Source: Flavobacteriales bacterium (lineage in GTDB: Bacteria > Bacteroidota > Bacteroidia > Flavobacteriales_F > PHOS-HE28). From it: DNA of 64,000 bases. Of the stretch, positions 59,198 to 64,000 are shown in pieces (the first letter of the stretch is position 1; every line of letters begins with the position of its first letter). A program made the position numbers and the translations under genes. Where the stretch lies: the NCBI GenBank assembly GCA_018057455.1, contig JAGPDT010000009.1, positions 4,586-68,585 of the forward strand. Reading direction: 5' to 3'. The notes under the pieces were generated by a model. That model searched no databases. It saw only the letters and a list, made by a program, of their open reading frames with translations, and was not told the DNA's origin.

Positions 59198-61408
59198 TCA
59201 GCGCTGGAGCACGATGCGTTGCACGGTGCGATGACCGTCGCCTTCGACTTCCAACGCATAGCAACCATCGGCCAGCAGGGCGAGGTCGATCGTTCGGCGG
59301 GCCCAATTCACCTGCGAACGCTCGTGCAGCAACACCCGGCCGGCCATGTCGCGCACCCTTAACGATCCGGCCTGCCAGCCGGCGAGCATCACATCAAGGC
59401 GGCCCGTGGACGGGTTGGGGAACACGGCCATGCCGCCTTGCGCTTCGCTTTCCGCAATAGCCGAGGCCTCGATGCAGAACGGTGCGTCCGCGCTGTCCTC
59501 AAAATCGCCATCGCCATCCACCAGCACGGCCCCGTTTCCGGATACCACCTGGAAATCGCCCATGCCGTAGGAACAACAGATGCCATCACCGTACTGGTCC
59601 ATGATGGTGAACACATAGCAGCCTGCGGGCAGGCAGAGCTCCTCGGTGACCAGGCCTTGGGAGAAGTCGGCATACGGCCCGCCGCTGGACTGTTCGGCAC
59701 CGGTGTCGCCTGTCACGGTCCAAGTGGTCTCCGAGCCGTAGTTGTCCAAGGTGATCAGGATGTCCACGGGGAAACCGGGGTTGGCCACGGTGAAGGAAGT
59801 GCTCTTGGCGTCGTTGGCCGTGTGTTCATCGGCACCACCGTTGGGCGCCGAGCAGCTCACGCTGAACGTGTGCCCGCCGTTGCCCACGTTGATGTCGCCG
59901 AGGCTGATCTGCGCCGTGGCGCCGCTGGCCAGGGAGCCGTTCCAGATGGCCGTCACGGGGGAACCGCCGTCGAGCACATGGCTGTACATGAGCTGTGTGA
60001 GCGTGGTGGTGCCGAAGTTCTTGATGGTGATCGCCGGCGAAATGATCCCGGTGTTGCAGTAGTTCGCCTCGATTCCGTTGATCGCCGTCACCGATGCGTC
60101 CAGCGCATAGACGGCCAAATTGGGATCGTAGCCGTCCACCCCATCGCCGCAGCCGCCCAGCCAATCGGTGAGCAGAGGGAAGCTCACATCGAAGCGTCCA
60201 TAGTAATCGTTCACGTTGTTGTTGCAGCTGGCCTGGCCCCCGTACAGCTGCCCGATGAGGCGGTGGTCCTGGTTCCACAGCCCGCTGCCGCTGCTGCCGG
60301 GCTCGGTGGTGCCGTCATCCCACGCCATGATGCGCCAGCAATCGGCCCCGGACATGGTGCCATGCACGGCGCCGTCGTAGTCGAAGGAGATTTTCTTGAT
60401 GTCGCCACTGGGGTGGTGGATGCCGGTTTGGCTGGTGGGCATGGTTCCGGAAGCATCCCATCCGGAGTAATACACCTCATACGCCGCGGGCGGCATGTCG
60501 TCCAGTTGCAGCAGCGCCACGTCGCTGCCCGGGCTGTTCTCCAGCAACAGGGCACCACTGACGGTTTGGTTCACCGGTCCGTTGGTGGTGGGCGTGCACG
60601 TGGGGCTCTCCCAGTTGAAACGGAAGGACCACGTGGCGGGGTTGTCCCCTTGGACGCAGTGGTTTGCCGTGAGGAAATAAGGCGTACCGTCGCTGGCGCA
60701 GTTGTTCAGCAGGGTACCGGTACATAAGCCCGACCCGCCCACGGTGATCATCGCCACGGCGCTGATCTCCTGTTGCCAGGGGTCGCCCTCCGGGCAGCTG
60801 GTGTTGTTGTTGCACGGGCCGCTGTCGTTGAGGCCTTTTGCGCCGCCCAGCACATCGCGGTAGGCGTGGGTCACTTGGGAAAGATGCAGGCGGCCCGGTA
60901 CGGCGGTACCGGCCGGTTCCTCGTACGAGAGCGTGACCCGGTCACCAGCCAGTTGGGTGACACCGAGCAAGGTGCGGCCCGGAGCACTTTCCCGGGTGAA
61001 GGCGCCCAGCCACTGGCCGGCTTCGTTGTGCACGAAGAGCTTTGCGCCCGCGGGCATGATGAACGCATCGAGCACGAAGTTGATGCTGTATGCTTGCGGG
61101 CAATGCAGTTGCAGGCGCCACAGGCGGGTGCCATCGGCCAGGATGCTCCAATTGCCGCTGTTCTCCATGCCAAGGTCGGTTCCATGGTTCACCCCGAAGC
61201 GGAAGGGCCCTTTGATGCCCGCGGCAGCACGGGCGGCATCTTCGGCCAACAATGGAGCGGGATCCACCGCGGGCAACTCAACCACCGGCACCTTGGCCAA
61301 GTGCAGTTTTTCGGCCTTCAGGGCGATGGGCATTCCGCCGAAGGAAAGCTGTGCAACGCAGGAAGGGGTGCAGGCCGCGGCGGCAAAGAGCAGGAGCAGA
61401 CGGTTCAT
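59198..61408 (-). CDS. secreted S1-family serine endopeptidase (lysyl-endopeptidase-like) with Cys-rich module and T9SS type A sorting domain
   Basis: Signal peptide MNRLLLLFAAAAC, FLTANHC (His), TEPGSSGSGLW (Ser), the module MDQYGDGICCSYGMGDF, and the C-terminal VFPNPSTGRLDV...RIVLQR. Confidence 0.8.
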   Translation of the reverse strand: MNRLLLLFAAAACTPSCVAQLSFGGMPIALKAEKLHLAKVPVVELPAVDPAPLLAEDAARAAAGIKGPFRFGVNHGTDLGMENSGNWSILADGTRLWRLQLHCPQAYSINFVLDAFIMPAGAKLFVHNEAGQWLGAFTRESAPGRTLLGVTQLAGDRVTLSYEEPAGTAVPGRLHLSQVTHAYRDVLGGAKGLNDSGPCNNNTSCPEGDPWQQEISAVAMITVGGSGLCTGTLLNNCASDGTPYFLTANHCVQGDNPATWSFRFNWESPTCTPTTNGPVNQTVSGALLLENSPGSDVALLQLDDMPPAAYEVYYSGWDASGTMPTSQTGIHHPSGDIKKISFDYDGAVHGTMSGADCWRIMAWDDGTTEPGSSGSGLWNQDHRLIGQLYGGQASCNNNVNDYYGRFDVSFPLLTDWLGGCGDGVDGYDPNLAVYALDASVTAINGIEANYCNTGIISPAITIKNFGTTTLTQLMYSHVLDGGSPVTAIWNGSLASGATAQISLGDINVGNGGHTFSVSCSAPNGGADEHTANDAKSTSFTVANPGFPVDILITLDNYGSETTWTVTGDTGAEQSSGGPYADFSQGLVTEELCLPAGCYVFTIMDQYGDGICCSYGMGDFQVVSGNGAVLVDGDGDFEDSADAPFCIEASAIAESEAQGGMAVFPNPSTGRLDVMLAGWQAGSLRVRDMAGRVLLHERSQVNWARRTIDLALLADGCYALEVEGDGHRTVQRIVLQR

Positions 61409-61696
61409 CAGGGGATCACCACTTTGTGATTGTGGGGGACAACGGCGGGAAAATAGCATGCACAGCCCGCCGGGATCCATCCATTTACGGCCTTGGCTCA
61501 GGAAGCTGAGCCTTGCAACGGGATCAAGCAACCTCCGAGCCCACCGGCCGCGCCCTCCACAGGTCCGCCCATGCCCCAGGCCATTGGTCGGTGTATCCCC
61601 GGTTTGGCACGGCGCCCCCGATCATTGCATTCCTTGCACGCCCACCGGCTGCCCGCAGGTGGCCGGCGATTTCCGGGCGCTGCCCCTGAAGTCCGG

Positions 61697-63934
61697 TCAA
61701 TGCTGCACCACGATCCGCTGCATGTTGCGCTGTCCATCGCTTTCCAGGATCAGCAAGTAACAGCCTTCAGCCAATCCCTCCACGGACAGGTCCATGGGCG
61801 TGCCCGTGGCGCTGCCGGTCCACAGCATACGGCCCAACGCATCGTGGAGACTGACCTGCCCGGTGGCCGCGGCATCGGGAAGATACAGGGTGAAACGGCC
61901 GTTGTTGGGGTTGGGCACCACGTGCAGGCCACCGGCGCCGGGCTTCTCGGGGATGCCGGTCCAGTTGGTGCACAGTTCCTGGCTGTCTGACCAGGTGAAG
62001 CTGCCGCTGCCTTGCAGCAGCGTATCGCCGAGCACGTCCACCAGGAGGTAGTTGCCCAGGCCGTAGGTGCAGCACATGCCGTCGCCCACGGCGTCCATCA
62101 CGGTGAAGGTGTAGCATTCATGCGCCAAGCATACCGGCACGTTCACCGTATAGCCGTTGGCGCTGTTGTTGTAGGGCCCGCCATTGGCCACCACGTACCC
62201 TTGCTGGGTTTGGATCATCCAGGTGGTCTCCGTGCCAAAGCGGTCCAAGTTCATCTTCACCACGGCGTTGATGCCCGGGCTGTTCACCATCACCTGCAGG
62301 CTGTCCTCATCGTTCAGCGGGTTGGTGTCGGTGGCGGCGTTGGGGTTGGATGCGCTGACATGGATCTGGCGCAGGCCGCTGGCCATGTGTATGGCGGGCA
62401 GGTCGATGTTCACCGTTTGCACGGGCTGCAGGGCGCCGAACCACGGTATGGTGCCCATGAGGGCACCGTCCACGAACCAGTTGATGTTCACATAGGTGAT
62501 CGTTCCCTCCCCATTGTTCTTCAGGGTGACGCGCGGCATGACGCTGTCGCTGTTGCACACTACGGCAGGCACTTGGGCGATGCTGGTGATGGCGGCGTCC
62601 AGGGGCAGCGGCACGAAGAGGTCGGGATCGAAGCCGTCCAGGGTGTCACCGCAGGCGCCCAACCACTGTTCGATCTGTGGGTAGGTGAGATTGAAGCGGC
62701 CGTAGTAGTCGTTGATGTTGTTGCTGCAGGAGGCCTGGCCCCCGAAGAGCTGGCCGATGATGCGGTGGTCCTGGTTCCACAGGGCGCTGCCGCTGCTGCC
62801 GGGTTCAGTGGTGCCGGAATGCCATGCGGTGACCTGCCAGCAGTCTGCGCTGCCCATCATGCCCTCGATGATGGGGCCGTGCGAGCTGCTGATCTTCTTG
62901 ATGTCGCCTGCGGGATGGTGGATGCAGGTGACGCTGTCGGGCGCGGTGCCGGTCTTGTCCCAGCCGCTGTAGTAAGGTTGGAAGTCGGCGGGGGGCGTGC
63001 TGTTCAGCAGCAGGAGCGAGGCGTCCGTGGGCGGGTATTCCAGCAATTTCTCACAGCCGGTGATGCTGTGGTCCATGGGAGCGTTCTCCGTGGGGTCACA
63101 GGCAGGACTTTCCCAATTGAACACGAAGACCCATGACGCGTTGGATGTGTTGCCCTCAGTGCAGTGGTTGGCCGTGAGGAAGTAGGGCGTGCTGTCGTTT
63201 GCACAATTGTTGATCAACGTACCGGTGCATACCCCGCCGCCCAGGATGAGGTGGGCCACGGAGCGGATCTCCGGCCGCCAATCATCGCCTTCGGGGCATA
63301 TCGTGTTCACGTTGCAAGGGCCGCTGTCGCCGAAACTGCGGTCGCCGCTTTTGCCTAACAGGCGATAGCCGTGGATCACGCTGCTGATGGTGAGCTGCCC
63401 CTGCCCCGCCACCGCTGGCGGCTCGATGTATTCCACCGTGATGTGGTCGCCCTCCAGCGGTGCCGTGCCAAAGGCGGTGTGGCCCGGATTGCTCCCCGCC
63501 GTGAAGGACCCGCGCACCGCGCCCGCTTCGTTGTACAGGAACATGCGCGCTCCTTCGGGGATCACGTAGTTGCTGAATTGCAGGTTGATCGAGAGCGCTT
63601 CCGGGCAGTGAAGCATCAGGCGCCATACGCGGTCGCCGTTGGGCATTGTAACCCACGAACCGCTGTTTGCCAATGTGTAATCCGTTGCATGGGTGAAGCC
63701 GAAACGGAACGGCCCTTTGAGGCCCTGTGCTGCGCGTGCGGCATCCTCCTGCAAAAGTGTGGCCACATCCACGGAAGGCAAATGCACGGCAACTGCCGGT
63801 GGCATGCCGCGCTTCTCGGCCTTGTCGCCGTAGGGCTGCCCGCCAAAAGCAATCTGTGCGGAAAGCGTGGTGGACAGGAATAAAGCAGCGAAAGAGACCA
63901 GCGTAATGCTTCGGATCATAGCAAGGGAGTTCAT
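61697..63934 (-). CDS. paralogous secreted S1-family serine endopeptidase with T9SS type A sorting domain
   Basis: FLTANHC, TEPGSSGSALW, MDAVGDGMCCTYGLGNY and VVPNPNNGRFTLYL...RIVVQH. Collinear with the 59198..61408 product. Confidence 0.8.
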   Translation of the reverse strand: MNSLAMIRSITLVSFAALFLSTTLSAQIAFGGQPYGDKAEKRGMPPAVAVHLPSVDVATLLQEDAARAAQGLKGPFRFGFTHATDYTLANSGSWVTMPNGDRVWRLMLHCPEALSINLQFSNYVIPEGARMFLYNEAGAVRGSFTAGSNPGHTAFGTAPLEGDHITVEYIEPPAVAGQGQLTISSVIHGYRLLGKSGDRSFGDSGPCNVNTICPEGDDWRPEIRSVAHLILGGGVCTGTLINNCANDSTPYFLTANHCTEGNTSNASWVFVFNWESPACDPTENAPMDHSITGCEKLLEYPPTDASLLLLNSTPPADFQPYYSGWDKTGTAPDSVTCIHHPAGDIKKISSSHGPIIEGMMGSADCWQVTAWHSGTTEPGSSGSALWNQDHRIIGQLFGGQASCSNNINDYYGRFNLTYPQIEQWLGACGDTLDGFDPDLFVPLPLDAAITSIAQVPAVVCNSDSVMPRVTLKNNGEGTITYVNINWFVDGALMGTIPWFGALQPVQTVNIDLPAIHMASGLRQIHVSASNPNAATDTNPLNDEDSLQVMVNSPGINAVVKMNLDRFGTETTWMIQTQQGYVVANGGPYNNSANGYTVNVPVCLAHECYTFTVMDAVGDGMCCTYGLGNYLLVDVLGDTLLQGSGSFTWSDSQELCTNWTGIPEKPGAGGLHVVPNPNNGRFTLYLPDAAATGQVSLHDALGRMLWTGSATGTPMDLSVEGLAEGCYLLILESDGQRNMQRIVVQH

Positions 63935-64000
63935 TCGACAGGACGGCCTTAGGCTTCGGGCCGTTGCCCATCTTCAAGGGAACGAAAATAGCGGAAGCCG

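Overview
High-GC segment (about two-thirds G+C on hand-counted sample lines) with Bacteroidota hallmarks: T9SS C-terminal sorting domains, TAnnTTTG-type -7 boxes just upstream of starts, and no clear Shine-Dalgarno sites. I recognise about 60 protein genes and no rRNA, tRNA, CRISPR array, integrase or transposase. Most of the window is core metabolism and envelope: M1 and C1 peptidases, a MarR-regulated RND efflux operon, glmM, aroE, folE, mnmE, ndh, sucD, fabG, a cysteine desulfurase and two tandem T9SS serine proteases. A nitrosative-stress-type operon at 7.8-12.7 kb encodes a 4xDUF2249-RIC fusion, a DUF1858/DUF2249 protein, a His-rich membrane protein, DUF59 and an Rrf2 regulator. Two accessory patches stand out. 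(i) 12.7-23.6 kb looks like a defence-type island. It holds an orphan divergent gene pair bracketed by a perfect 20-nt direct repeat. It also holds an apparently intact MmeI-family Type IIL R-M gene carrying an in-frame REP double hairpin and a low-GC patch in its specificity region. Next come a translationally coupled ABC-ATPase + Toprim-like pair, a DEDDh-exonuclease-BRCT fusion, a DUF4160/DUF2442 pair, two CpXC paralogues and a frameshifted macro-like gene, with the small cassettes separated by a shared about 90-bp hairpin element. (ii) 47.5-50.3 kb holds a strikingly AT-rich lipoprotein gene, a remnant of an ATPase gene, an intact STAND/Arch-type ATPase gene, and five phased 15-bp palindromic repeats. 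At least four families of palindromic repeats are scattered through the window. Other oddities are an ECF sigma factor gene interrupted by an in-frame TAG and a 9-bp in-frame tandem repeat inside mnmE. CDS coordinates come from the ORF track with starts re-chosen by me. Its leading M can be a non-ATG start: I saw TTG at 133 and 44164 and GTG at 10675. Non-coding coordinates are hand-counted and may be off by a few nt. Family names rest on motif recognition only; no searches were run.
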